A stretch of 64,000 nt of DNA from a virus (Duplodnaviria > Caudoviricetes). The stretch covers positions 123,795-187,794 of IMG/VR virus record IMGVR_UViG_3300014204_000114; one strand, 5' to 3'. A model generated the notes under the pieces. It saw only the letters and a list, made by a program, of their open reading frames with translations, ran no database searches and was not told the DNA's origin. Shown here piece by piece: positions 34,596-44,738 of the stretch (positions are counted from its first letter, which is position 1; the number at the start of each line of letters is the position of its first letter). A program made the translations under genes and the position numbers.

Positions 34596-37229
34596 TTATA
34601 TAACAGTAGGAGTTAAAATCCTGACAGCCATCTCGTCTGTCGATTTAGATATACCAACTCTTAAAGAGACGTCCCCAGCTGTATAACTTGATATATCTAA
34701 TGTAGCTGTACCGTCTTTCGCAAGATAATAAACCTGTCCGGCAGTTAAACCAGCTAACCCAGTGACTAACCCTTCTACGCACACGTTTATATTCTCTCCT
34801 GAGGCCACGGTAGCCAAAGCCATCCCAACTGTCGTGTCGCATGTGTCTATATCATCCGCGCTCGCTACGGCAACTCTATCATCCTGCCCCGAAACAGAAT
34901 ATACGAAGTCTCCTGCTGACACTGATTCGTATGCCACATAAGGTATAACTGTAGACTTCGCGGAAGCTGCTAGCGCACTTGTAGTCACATAAGTTACAAC
35001 CGCCTTTTCTGTTGGAATAGCTAAATCGGAGTTCCCAGCCATTGTCCCATCTGAACTAAACTCATTAATGCGGACGCCGTTCTCTAATTGAACCCCACTA
35101 TAAGTAGCGTTTAAAGAGTCGTGATAAGTTGCCCCGCCATCTTTTTGTTTAAAGACGATGTCCTGGCTTGACCCTTCGGTGTCTATAAGTATGCCATTCC
35201 CATCATACCCCATTGCCCCGCCGTCAGAGACTAATACAACTCTGTCTCTAAATGTGGCAGAAGTATGATCCGCCGGGTAGCCTAATACGCCTCCTAAAAG
35301 TCCATTAGAATTAGTGACAAGCAGACCCGCGACTGCTCCTACGCCAGACCCAGTATTAACTACATTAATGAAGTATGGCGCAGCAGAATTACCACTTAGT
35401 GCCATTTGTCCATCAGTGCCTAAAGTTACATTATCTAGCCAGCCATTTAGTTCTGTATATTCGCCAGACTTTAAGTGATAATATTCATTCGCTTGGCCGC
35501 CCTGGAGACCAACTAAATCATTATGCGTATCTGGTATCTGCGCGTCTACATAAGTTTTTACGGCTTTTTCAGTCGGGACTGCAGAATCACTATCACCAGC
35601 TAAAGTTCCATCGATACTAAATTCATCTATAGTTGCACCGGACGCCAAAGAGATACCGCTCGAAGTTATAGTAGCTAGAATAGTCAAATCCGTTAGCTCT
35701 TGCCATTGGCCAGAAGTGACATGATATCTATCGTTTAATGCGCCGCCAGTTAATCCGTCCAAGCTGTTATGGTCGACTATATGCTCAGCTTCAATTACTC
35801 CTGACCCGGCATTAATTCGAGTTACGATCATATTAACGCCGCCCTCAGTATCTACCTGAGTAGCTGTTACATTATGAGGATTAGTATAGTCTGTTATATG
35901 GACTTGGTGCCCCGAAGCTATTTCCTGTAAGGCTCCTTCTGCATTTGAGGAAGAATAGTACCACCCAGAATCTACTATACTTACTCTTGTGGCAGGAACG
36001 TCATCTGCGGTTTCAGCTAGGACCTGAGGGATTGTTACATGATGAGGATTAGCTAAATCAGCTAAGTGAGCTGCCAGTCCGGAAGTAGTGACTGTAGATA
36101 CGTTATATAAGCCTAGATCTAAAGCTCCTATAGCAGTTTCGAGAGAAGTTCCATTTGTTACATAATGAGTAGTGGAATAAGCCGGGGAAAAATCTGTCGC
36201 ATCAGCTTGTCCTGTGAATAGTTGTATATTCCCAAGGACATTAACCCCCGCGGTTAGTCCTTCTATATCAGTATAAGCATAACCCCATGGGTTAGAAGCT
36301 GATTTTGTACCAGTTCCTTTTGTAGAAACTAAAAGATCTTCAAGGCTATCTGCTCCGCCAGTATATAATGGAGTTAATGCGGTCGTCCATGCCGCCGTAC
36401 CTTTTAGCTCTTTAACCTTGTATCTTATATTATTAATGTCGTCGTTTAAATTAGATGGAGTCCCGTCCCATGCATCTACTAAGCCCGTAATACCTACTTT
36501 AGATGCTGTTATAGGATCAGACATACCTGTCCCGGCAACTATATCATCATTAGAGATAAGATGGATTAAGGTTATGTCAGAATCCCAAGTTCCGCCATGT
36601 TGGGTTAAGAGAGCACTAATCATCTCTTTTATGTCGTAATTAACTAAGGATGCCGTGCCGTCATTTTTTAAAGTGCCAGTAGAACCATATATATCTAAAG
36701 CTAACTGGTTGATATTGAGTCTGTTTATTTCAGACTTGCCATCCAGAGAGGTAGAAGAAGAGGATTTGGTTACGTCAAATATATGCCAGCCGATAGCTGC
36801 TTTCTGCGCGTCTGTTAGTTCTCCGGAGTCTTCCCCTCCGCCGCTATTTATTAAGTTTTCAAGATATACTTTTACAGCATCTACATAATCGTAGATGGTT
36901 AGCATTGACTCTTTTATTGTAGAGGGTCTGCTGTCTGTAGTGTCCCAAAAATAACCATCGTCGGATATACTTGTGGCTTCGTTATCAGCATAGATGTTAG
37001 CCCCATCTAAGTAATTCCCAAACGCGTTAATATCCGCATCATCTGTACCATCCGGAAGAGTATTGAGCATAGGGATAATTTTAAGATTAAGCTCGTCGGA
37101 GATATTGGATAAGTCCGCCAGAATTTCATCTATGGTAGAGTTCCATGTGTCGGTATCTAATCCGGCGCCTCTGCTCGGAAGTCGTCTGCTGATAAGATTT
37201 ACTATTATAGTATCAATATAATTTGCCAT
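34596..37229 (-). CDS. tail fibre protein
   Basis: NPH.VT repeats, GTSLETAIGALD, modules A and B, C-terminal capsid-cement/DUF2190-like domain (ESVSAGD..GMAL..GLTAGQVYYL). Confidence 0.8.
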   Translation of the reverse strand: MANYIDTIIVNLISRRLPSRGAGLDTDTWNSTIDEILADLSNISDELNLKIIPMLNTLPDGTDDADINAFGNYLDGANIYADNEATSISDDGYFWDTTDSRPSTIKESMLTIYDYVDAVKVYLENLINSGGGEDSGELTDAQKAAIGWHIFDVTKSSSSTSLDGKSEINRLNINQLALDIYGSTGTLKNDGTASLVNYDIKEMISALLTQHGGTWDSDITLIHLISNDDIVAGTGMSDPITASKVGITGLVDAWDGTPSNLNDDINNIRYKVKELKGTAAWTTALTPLYTGGADSLEDLLVSTKGTGTKSASNPWGYAYTDIEGLTAGVNVLGNIQLFTGQADATDFSPAYSTTHYVTNGTSLETAIGALDLGLYNVSTVTTSGLAAHLADLANPHHVTIPQVLAETADDVPATRVSIVDSGWYYSSSNAEGALQEIASGHQVHITDYTNPHNVTATQVDTEGGVNMIVTRINAGSGVIEAEHIVDHNSLDGLTGGALNDRYHVTSGQWQELTDLTILATITSSGISLASGATIDEFSIDGTLAGDSDSAVPTEKAVKTYVDAQIPDTHNDLVGLQGGQANEYYHLKSGEYTELNGWLDNVTLGTDGQMALSGNSAAPYFINVVNTGSGVGAVAGLLVTNSNGLLGGVLGYPADHTSATFRDRVVLVSDGGAMGYDGNGILIDTEGSSQDIVFKQKDGGATYHDSLNATYSGVQLENGVRINEFSSDGTMAGNSDLAIPTEKAVVTYVTTSALAASAKSTVIPYVAYESVSAGDFVYSVSGQDDRVAVASADDIDTCDTTVGMALATVASGENINVCVEGLVTGLAGLTAGQVYYLAKDGTATLDISSYTAGDVSLRVGISKSTDEMAVRILTPTVI

Positions 37230-37237
37230 TATTCCCT

Positions 37238-39469
37238 CTAGTTACTAACCTTGATTCTGACAAGGCTGCAAGTCGGAGTCTCTTCCGTACTGTCAGTCGT
37301 AAGTTTTATCCTTAGTTTTATCTTATTAAAAATTTCCTGATCCATTCCAAACGATATTAAAAACTCCTCGCTTAAAAGATCATCATGAGTTATATCAGCC
37401 TTTATAACGAAGACTTTATTGCCGCCTTCGTAAGCTTCCGATACTCCACCAACTGTAGCAATCGTAGACCCAAGATCGGAGTCTATAGCAAAGTATTTAT
37501 ATCCGTCAGAAGCTATGTTGCTTATCATATCAAACACACTAACTTTCTCCATATAAAACTCGGCAAATAAGTCAACCCCGACATACACTTGAGTCACGTC
37601 GGTAGACCAGCCAGAACCGTAATCATAGCCTTCTATCAAATACTTATGATTATATGGATAAAGTTTATCTTCAGCTATAAGGGCTGCTAACGTATTATAA
37701 TCATTAGATATTGTTAGCCAGTTGTCCTTATGCACTTTTATATCATGCCTTCCCCTTACTATAGATATTTTACCATAGATAGGAATCCCGTCAATTATAG
37801 AAGCTGATGCTGCTGTTTTTGGGTTGCCGAAATCTATTTCTATCTGGTCTTTCTCCACATATATAGTAGTAGAATAGTAAGGGTCTACATAACCCCATCC
37901 TTTAGGATTGCCTCTAACTAAACTAGTGCTCCCAAGAGTCCCGGTATTACGCCATACTTCAAGACTCTTTTTATCCATTACTACATCGCTTTCGACTCTA
38001 AGATTAAGAATCCTGTCTTCAGGGTTGTTAAACATATAGGTCTGAGCGCCGTCAGAATAGTTATTAGCTAAACTTCCTATTACTACATCCACTTCATTTA
38101 GAGTAGTAGTCCATCTTAACAGATTAAAATCTGATTTGGCGGGGATGTACCTGTAAGTGTTCACGCCGGAATTTACTATTTCCTGACTTACTGTCACTCC
38201 TGTTTTCTCATACTCTACAAGAGAGTCAAACTTTATAAAAGAGGGTTCGTTAGAAGAAGATCTGTTTAAGGGGCATATCTTCCCGCCTTCCCAGGGAGTC
38301 CACGCAGATAAAGTATCGCTTCCTGCAGATAGCCAGTATTCTATCTTCGTATTATCAGACATACTTTCACAGACTTCTATCGCGGCCTTATTGAATGTTA
38401 CTTCATTATTGTCTTCATCGTAGAAGTAGATTTCTCCGGTCTGTACGTATCCTTCTAAGTCGTCATAAGAATAAGTGTATAAGGAGATGTCCCCGCCGAA
38501 ATAATAAGCGTTTAAATCATTAGCTAAACTCTCGTCCTGCATATCCTTAGTAAAACCTATCTTAAGATAAGAGAAGGTTATAGACGGGAAGGTAAACACG
38601 CAAGAATCTTTCATAGCCTGAATATAGTCAGCTATTGGAAGATTGTTCCATGTGTACCCGTCGGTAGAATATTGAGGATGTATAACTACATTACCGCTTC
38701 TGTTATTAGCATTCCATTTTATAGCTAGTCTGGTCGCGGTTACTTCTTCGTCGAAAGAGACTCTCATTACAGCGGTTACAGTCGTAGGCTTTGTCGTCCT
38801 AACTACAGTCAACCATGTTTCGTCAGTATCCCTAAAAGCATACTCTACTTTTGATCCCTCTATATTAGACTGACTGTGATAGTAATCCCTTGAGATGACT
38901 TCGAATTTAACATTATCTCCAGTCAGCTCGTTGGTGTTTATTTTCGCGGAGTCGCCGGTAGGTTCGAGGGCTATAATTCCATAGGATGTGTCTATCATAC
39001 ATCCGTCCGTATAATCGCTCGTAAAATCTATAGAATCGCTATTAGTAAGGTTAACTATAGCAAATGCGAAATATCCTTCCGTGTCTTTTCTGACTAATAA
39101 TAAACCTTCAAGTTCGTCTTCTAGCTCTAAAAGCTTACGAGAGATTCTATCTATCTCATTACCCCATTTAGTTTCTCTGTTAACTATCGCGCCGCCTATA
39201 TCAGAAGCAGCTAGATACAAAGCGTCTATATCTCTTCTTATTCTTTCCTGCTTATCGTTAAAGTCCGCCGCGGAAGATTCTTCAAGTCTTACGTATGAAT
39301 CATCCTCAGATATATCTGGGGTCATAAGGTCCGGATTAGTTTCAAGATAATCGACATACTCATCCATAACTTCGGAGGCTAAAATGCTCTCTCCGTTAAT
39401 CATCTTCTGTTTAACTATGTCCTCGATGACTATGGCTGAATATACTTCTTTGAAATCTTTATAACTCAT
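37238..39469 (-). CDS. baseplate-peripheral structural protein (coiled coil plus discoidin-like domain)
   Basis: DFN..I..DIDALYL coiled coil; DTDETW, YSTDGYTW. Confidence 0.65.
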   Translation of the reverse strand: MSYKDFKEVYSAIVIEDIVKQKMINGESILASEVMDEYVDYLETNPDLMTPDISEDDSYVRLEESSAADFNDKQERIRRDIDALYLAASDIGGAIVNRETKWGNEIDRISRKLLELEDELEGLLLVRKDTEGYFAFAIVNLTNSDSIDFTSDYTDGCMIDTSYGIIALEPTGDSAKINTNELTGDNVKFEVISRDYYHSQSNIEGSKVEYAFRDTDETWLTVVRTTKPTTVTAVMRVSFDEEVTATRLAIKWNANNRSGNVVIHPQYSTDGYTWNNLPIADYIQAMKDSCVFTFPSITFSYLKIGFTKDMQDESLANDLNAYYFGGDISLYTYSYDDLEGYVQTGEIYFYDEDNNEVTFNKAAIEVCESMSDNTKIEYWLSAGSDTLSAWTPWEGGKICPLNRSSSNEPSFIKFDSLVEYEKTGVTVSQEIVNSGVNTYRYIPAKSDFNLLRWTTTLNEVDVVIGSLANNYSDGAQTYMFNNPEDRILNLRVESDVVMDKKSLEVWRNTGTLGSTSLVRGNPKGWGYVDPYYSTTIYVEKDQIEIDFGNPKTAASASIIDGIPIYGKISIVRGRHDIKVHKDNWLTISNDYNTLAALIAEDKLYPYNHKYLIEGYDYGSGWSTDVTQVYVGVDLFAEFYMEKVSVFDMISNIASDGYKYFAIDSDLGSTIATVGGVSEAYEGGNKVFVIKADITHDDLLSEEFLISFGMDQEIFNKIKLRIKLTTDSTEETPTCSLVRIKVSN

Positions 39470-42400
39470 TAGAACCTTCTTTTAGGAGAAACTCTTATAG
39501 CTATATCGCTTAAAACAGGAGTAAAATAATTCTCCAGCTCTTTTAAATACTCAGATATAGACACTACATACCTATAAGCTATTTTAACATATCTATCTAA
39601 AGACGTGTTTGATTTGGTAAGCCGGTCTATAATATCCTTGTCCTTTAAAGTGACTAACTGTTTGTCATAATTAACTTCGTACTGAGAGGCATCAAGTTGC
39701 GCCGCGATATTATATTGGATCCTATAGTCAGTATACTGATATGTTACTTCTATTGCGTCAGGCAAGTCAGAATAGCTCCATGTATTTTGAGTGTAAGGAT
39801 CCGGTCCGAATAAACCATTCCGGGTATAGATAACACCCTTCTTATAATCTATCGAATACAAGCCCCAGTCATCGGACGTAGGATCCGTATACTGGTAGCC
39901 GATTTGCCCTGCATTTAAGCTACTTACGCTTAACACACCTTTGTAGAAGTAAATTCTCTGCGAAGTTGATTCATAATACCAGTCTCCTAAAGCGCTGACA
40001 GCGCCAAGCGAAGATTCTCTATTATTAAAGAAGGACGTGTCAGAGAAATAAGGCGGAGCATCAGTCACAGAGTATAAAGGGTTAAGTAAAGAGAAATAAG
40101 CTATGTTAGTGTCGGTATATTCCGTCACTCCCAGTATGTCCTGGGTTGAAGTTACTAACGCGCCTTTGAATTCAGTGTCGCCGTCTATGTAGGGGACTTC
40201 TTTTCTAAAGGTTCTATATTCAGAATCTACCTGAGCCCCGGACACAGTCTCGTTAAAAGTGACTCCATGAGCTATTGAGAAGTCAGGAAGAACTAATCTA
40301 TGTTCGCCGCTTAAGATTATAGGAATGCTATAAGCAAGTTCGTCTTTTGTTGTATACGCCGCGTCGTTTACTATAATAGTATTTGACAGATTGTTGTAAA
40401 AATACCATTCGGTATCCAAAAGCTTATACACAGGCGTAGCTTCAAACGTTACCATAGTCTTCTGAGAGCCTGCTATCGGAGCACTTGTATAGAGTGTGCC
40501 GTGTTCGTAGTCTACAGAATAGTAACCCTCGGTTTCGGAATCTAGATTATATTCCTGTCCCGGAGTTATCGATCCGTATAAAGCTTCTATGAACTCTACA
40601 TAACCGTCTTTAAAAACCAGCTCAGATGCCAGATAGCCCCCAGGGTCAACTGAAGAAAGAATGCCACTAAGAGTAATTTCTTCGTCATAAACGATCCTCC
40701 CGTCGGAATATATCTTATGCTCCCTTTCTCCTGCCTTTAACACAATGTTACTAACTATGACATTTTCGTCATATCTATATAAGTTAACATTTTCCTGTAC
40801 TCCGTCAGAAGCAAAATCTAATACACTCTTATGAGGAACGAATGAAGAAGGAGCTAATCTCTCTTCTTTTAATTTAAGTGTTGCGGTTGCGCCGCTTGCG
40901 GGTTTTTCTCCGTTTGTGCTGTCGCCAAAAGTCACAGCCCCGGTTCTATAGTTGAGACTATATACTTTACTTGTACTGCCGATACCTGAGACAGTAAGGT
41001 TATTTACCTTATCCCATTTTCTTCCGTCTACATATAAGGATTCTTGTTGCGTCCTATCTACCTGATACACCCCACTCATTGTAGCCCCGGAGTCTTCGTA
41101 TTTTCTCCAGCCGGAGATCTTATCTAAAGCAGGAAGAATACCTCCATGAGAAACATCAGCCCAAGGGAGGACAAACGAGATGTTAGGAGCTGTAGATCTG
41201 ATAACAGAAGTCTGGAAGAATACTTCATCTTTACCTCTACCTCCGAATACAGGATCTATAATAGTTACAGAATCCTGTACCGGCTTTTCCGAGAGATCGA
41301 TAGTGTAAGGGTTACGAGTAGGTATCGCGAAAACTTCGCTGATGGGCTTCTCTACTTCGTTCTTGCCGCCCTTTGAGAACGCATCACTGTTTCTATAGAG
41401 CTCAGCTTTGTAAGTTAAAGAAGTAACATCCTGGCTAGTATTTATAGAGTTACTTTCACTATTATTAAAGTTTAAAAGTCTTGGGGTAGACTGGTCGCTA
41501 GACTCGAAGTCTTTCGGACTTATCTGGTACCATGTTTGTCCGTCGTCAGGAGACACAAAATGGTCTATCCCTGCTAAAGAAGATTCAGCTATAGGGGTCT
41601 GCGCCGAAGTTAAAACTACCTTATCTATAGGAGCGCCAAAGTCTATCCTCTTAGAAATAAGCTGCGAAGAAGATTCAAATTTATAGCCGTAAACATTAAT
41701 AGTTCTTAGCCCTATTGCGTATCTATATTGTTTCCCTATAGGAGTACTTATTAAATGGGGGTACCTCTGCTTTATAACTATTCTTACGAACTTAACTTTG
41801 CGAGGAGTGAATGTCCAACACCCTGTACCTCTATATCTAGAAGCTGCAGGAGAGAGAAGGAATATATTCTCGGGATCGTCAGCTAAAAAGTCCGCGACAG
41901 ATAAATCATCTTTTATAGAAGACCAAGTACTGCCGTCTAAAGAAGTATCTATAGAAACTATCTCTGGGTATTTTATCGTGCCAAAATTAATAGGATCTAA
42001 ATATACTCTATTTATTATCTTAGGAGAATCGTATATAAGAGACATATCCAGAATTAAAGGGGCGTCATTAATAGCTATCGACTTAACTACCTTCTCATAC
42101 TCATACCATGTAGAAGGGTCATTGTCTGTTATAGCTTGTAGGTCGTCTCTTCTTTGCGCACCGATTTCCTGATTATTCCCCGCTACCCCATTCGAAGCCG
42201 CATTAATTCTTACGGAATTAGGAGTCGCTAAAGGGGTATCCCCCTCTCGAATATCTAATGTAGCTATACCTTCCTGAAGGTTTATATCACAAAAATTACC
42301 TTTCAGAGCGGACGAAGTGGGATTCATCCCAGTCATGCTGGAGAAGCTTTCCTTAAAATATAAAACGTCAGAAGATCTATCTGAAGCAAAAAGTATATAA

Positions 42401-42789
42401 TCAGCGAGCTTTGAATAAACAGCCTGAAGCCTATAATCAAGCTGTCCTAATTTTAGGACAACTGTATTAAACGAGTTTATAATAAGCCCTTCTAGAACTT
42501 CGGATTCAGCAAATAGAACTGTAAGGTCGTCGGTTATGGCTTTTAATATCTCGTTAAACTTAGCAGGATCAGGTAATGTATTCGCCCTGACTTTTTTAGG
42601 AGAGAAGAACGCAGTGCTATCTTCGTCTAAGTAGACCTTCACCAATCTGGCGAGTTCGGACATAAGAGCAGCCTTAGTCTCGATGGTCCCCTGGCTGTAG
42701 GCTGAACTCAATTCATTCCTAATAACAGTCAGCTTCTGTTCGAGAATAGTGCTGGAAACTTTTTTCAAATAGTCGTTATTAGTACTCAT
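39469..42789 (-). CDS. large baseplate-peripheral structural protein
   Basis: KFNEIL..DL..LFAE; DNDPSTW, SLDGSTW; YRTGAVTFGD..G..P and repeated YS(V/I)DY..G motifs. Confidence 0.7.
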   Translation of the reverse strand: MSTNNDYLKKVSSTILEQKLTVIRNELSSAYSQGTIETKAALMSELARLVKVYLDEDSTAFFSPKKVRANTLPDPAKFNEILKAITDDLTVLFAESEVLEGLIINSFNTVVLKLGQLDYRLQAVYSKLADYILFASDRSSDVLYFKESFSSMTGMNPTSSALKGNFCDINLQEGIATLDIREGDTPLATPNSVRINAASNGVAGNNQEIGAQRRDDLQAITDNDPSTWYEYEKVVKSIAINDAPLILDMSLIYDSPKIINRVYLDPINFGTIKYPEIVSIDTSLDGSTWSSIKDDLSVADFLADDPENIFLLSPAASRYRGTGCWTFTPRKVKFVRIVIKQRYPHLISTPIGKQYRYAIGLRTINVYGYKFESSSQLISKRIDFGAPIDKVVLTSAQTPIAESSLAGIDHFVSPDDGQTWYQISPKDFESSDQSTPRLLNFNNSESNSINTSQDVTSLTYKAELYRNSDAFSKGGKNEVEKPISEVFAIPTRNPYTIDLSEKPVQDSVTIIDPVFGGRGKDEVFFQTSVIRSTAPNISFVLPWADVSHGGILPALDKISGWRKYEDSGATMSGVYQVDRTQQESLYVDGRKWDKVNNLTVSGIGSTSKVYSLNYRTGAVTFGDSTNGEKPASGATATLKLKEERLAPSSFVPHKSVLDFASDGVQENVNLYRYDENVIVSNIVLKAGEREHKIYSDGRIVYDEEITLSGILSSVDPGGYLASELVFKDGYVEFIEALYGSITPGQEYNLDSETEGYYSVDYEHGTLYTSAPIAGSQKTMVTFEATPVYKLLDTEWYFYNNLSNTIIVNDAAYTTKDELAYSIPIILSGEHRLVLPDFSIAHGVTFNETVSGAQVDSEYRTFRKEVPYIDGDTEFKGALVTSTQDILGVTEYTDTNIAYFSLLNPLYSVTDAPPYFSDTSFFNNRESSLGAVSALGDWYYESTSQRIYFYKGVLSVSSLNAGQIGYQYTDPTSDDWGLYSIDYKKGVIYTRNGLFGPDPYTQNTWSYSDLPDAIEVTYQYTDYRIQYNIAAQLDASQYEVNYDKQLVTLKDKDIIDRLTKSNTSLDRYVKIAYRYVVSISEYLKELENYFTPVLSDIAIRVSPKRRF

Positions 42790-44738
42790 TATGCCTCACT
42801 GAACTTATCTTCATTATACTCGCTTACGAGCAAATAGTAATCATATACCGAAGGAGATATGTATTTGTCCGGCGATATCTTTCTAATTATAACCTGTAAG
42901 AATATGTCTGAATGATCTATATCAATTCCGAGAGTAGAGTCGTCGCATATTAGATGATCGGTTATCATCCTGACGGATTGGTCGCCTACCATATCTACTA
43001 CCATATAAGGATCGTCGGATACAGCATAAGCCGCGTTATATTTAGCTGCGCCGTCTGAAATTTTAGGAGTATAAGATGCAGTATAAACTACTCCGTACTG
43101 AGGACTGTTTATTTTAATCTCTACTCTCATTGGAGAACCAGCTCCGGGAGAAGAAATGTCATTATCGTCGGGGAAGGTCCAGTCGGTAGAAAATGTGAGC
43201 TCTGAACCGTTCGCGTATACTTTTACTTCGTCCCCAGGGTCTGCAGGGGGCGCAGCTGTTAATAAAGGATAAAACCTTAAAGCGGTTCTGCTCTTATTAT
43301 CTAATACGCAAACTTCATGCTCTACTGTTGTCCTACCGACTGGTAGTATAGGTATGAGATTAGATGAAATTACATCTCCGTCAGAGTTGTAATTTACTTT
43401 TAGGATGGAATATTCAATTGAGCCGGCGTTTATATTAAAGGTGTCAGCAGGAACATCATCATTGACCCTTAACGCTATTTGTCCTAATTTGCCAGATAAA
43501 GAAGCACCAGCGAATATTCCGACATGTTTATAGTTACTTAGGCCGAATTTAACATTGTCTAAAGAGAAAGGATACACGTTCTTCTTACTAACATATGTAT
43601 AAGTAGTGCCGGTTGAGAAGTTAATCTCATCCGCGATTTGAGAGGTCCGCAGTACGTTCGCGACCATCCCATTTATGTCTGTAAGAGTATATCCGCCTTG
43701 TCCCATTAAAGACCTGTATCGATCATAATAGAACTCGGTCACTCCAGCCACTGTCGTTTGCACGAATTTCAGCCTAAATTTTCTTGTGTTAGTAGTAGTG
43801 AAATCTATTCTATGGTAAGAATTCTGTAAATAAGTCTCGTCGTTTACTAGGTTTACCCATGACCCGTCCGGACCAGCATAGTCAACAGAGGTTAAATAGA
43901 ACGGGCACGAGCCTGCAGGTTCGACTATTATATGGTTTATATCCGACTGGGGGACTTCAAAAACGAGATACATTATAGCTCCGTCCGCTAATTGCGTATC
44001 CATTAGGTATGCACGATTAAAGAATGTGGCATTTTGGTTATCGATTAAGTTCCTTATATCAGACTTGTCAAAGTTGACGTCAAAGTCAGATACTGTAGCG
44101 TCGCCTTCACTCCATTCCTGATATACGTTCTTTGCAAATACCTGCTTTGTAGTAGAAGCTAATAAGAGCCTGTCGTTAGTTAAGTCTGTATAACAAAGGT
44201 TCTTGTCCGAGAAGAATGTACGTGCGCGCCAATCATAGTAAAGCATATTAGCATAAGTATCGCTGAAGGAAGATTCGAGATTCTCTCCGCCGTTAAAAGT
44301 GTTATACTGAGCGTTAGAGTAGTTATAGTCGCTTCCGTATATAGTCTTGTATATCTGAATTTTGTTCTCCAGAGAATTGATTGAGTTCCACATCCCCTTA
44401 AGAATCATAGTGTCTATAATTTGGTCGTGGGTAACATTCAACTGAAGTAACGTGTCCATTTCTAAGAAGAGAGTCTGTAAGTCATACCCAAGCTTAAGCA
44501 TCATTTCGTTAAACGCCGCGACTTTTATTAAGTTGCTATTGGCCGCATAGTAAGGTTTGAAGTAAGGCTTTATATCAGACTTTAATCTGTCTGTTAATTG
44601 AGCGAGTCTTGTAGCGTAGTCGTTGTCCGTAATGATTTCGCCGGATTCAATTTTAGTACGAATTTCTTTATAAAACTGCTTCGCCTGCTGTTTGCCTAAA
44701 ACCGAATCTATTTTATCTATTAATCTTAACTTGCTCAT
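42789..44738 (-). CDS. baseplate-peripheral structural protein (paralogue of the two downstream genes)
   Basis: AFNEMM..DLQTLFLE; LIDNQNATF; PDGSW. Confidence 0.65.
   Translation of the reverse strand: MSKLRLIDKIDSVLGKQQAKQFYKEIRTKIESGEIITDNDYATRLAQLTDRLKSDIKPYFKPYYAANSNLIKVAAFNEMMLKLGYDLQTLFLEMDTLLQLNVTHDQIIDTMILKGMWNSINSLENKIQIYKTIYGSDYNYSNAQYNTFNGGENLESSFSDTYANMLYYDWRARTFFSDKNLCYTDLTNDRLLLASTTKQVFAKNVYQEWSEGDATVSDFDVNFDKSDIRNLIDNQNATFFNRAYLMDTQLADGAIMYLVFEVPQSDINHIIVEPAGSCPFYLTSVDYAGPDGSWVNLVNDETYLQNSYHRIDFTTTNTRKFRLKFVQTTVAGVTEFYYDRYRSLMGQGGYTLTDINGMVANVLRTSQIADEINFSTGTTYTYVSKKNVYPFSLDNVKFGLSNYKHVGIFAGASLSGKLGQIALRVNDDVPADTFNINAGSIEYSILKVNYNSDGDVISSNLIPILPVGRTTVEHEVCVLDNKSRTALRFYPLLTAAPPADPGDEVKVYANGSELTFSTDWTFPDDNDISSPGAGSPMRVEIKINSPQYGVVYTASYTPKISDGAAKYNAAYAVSDDPYMVVDMVGDQSVRMITDHLICDDSTLGIDIDHSDIFLQVIIRKISPDKYISPSVYDYYLLVSEYNEDKFSEA

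Larger units (their letters stand above)
31691..35775 (-). repeat. dispersed coding repeats shared by two fibre genes
   Basis: Module A (EFS.DGT..GDS..A.PTEKA..TYV) at about 31691-31800, 33595-33696, 34981-35080, 35541-35645; module B (HN.L.G..GG...YH..SG) at about 31805-31925, 33455-33572, 35410-35525, 35690-35775. Confidence 0.8.

Noticed and set aside
29354-37229. Diversity-generating retroelement or invertible tail-fibre shufflon
   Set aside because: Repeats are diverged, in-frame and same-orientation, with differences not limited to adenines; no reverse transcriptase, invertase or inverted crossover sites seen in the window
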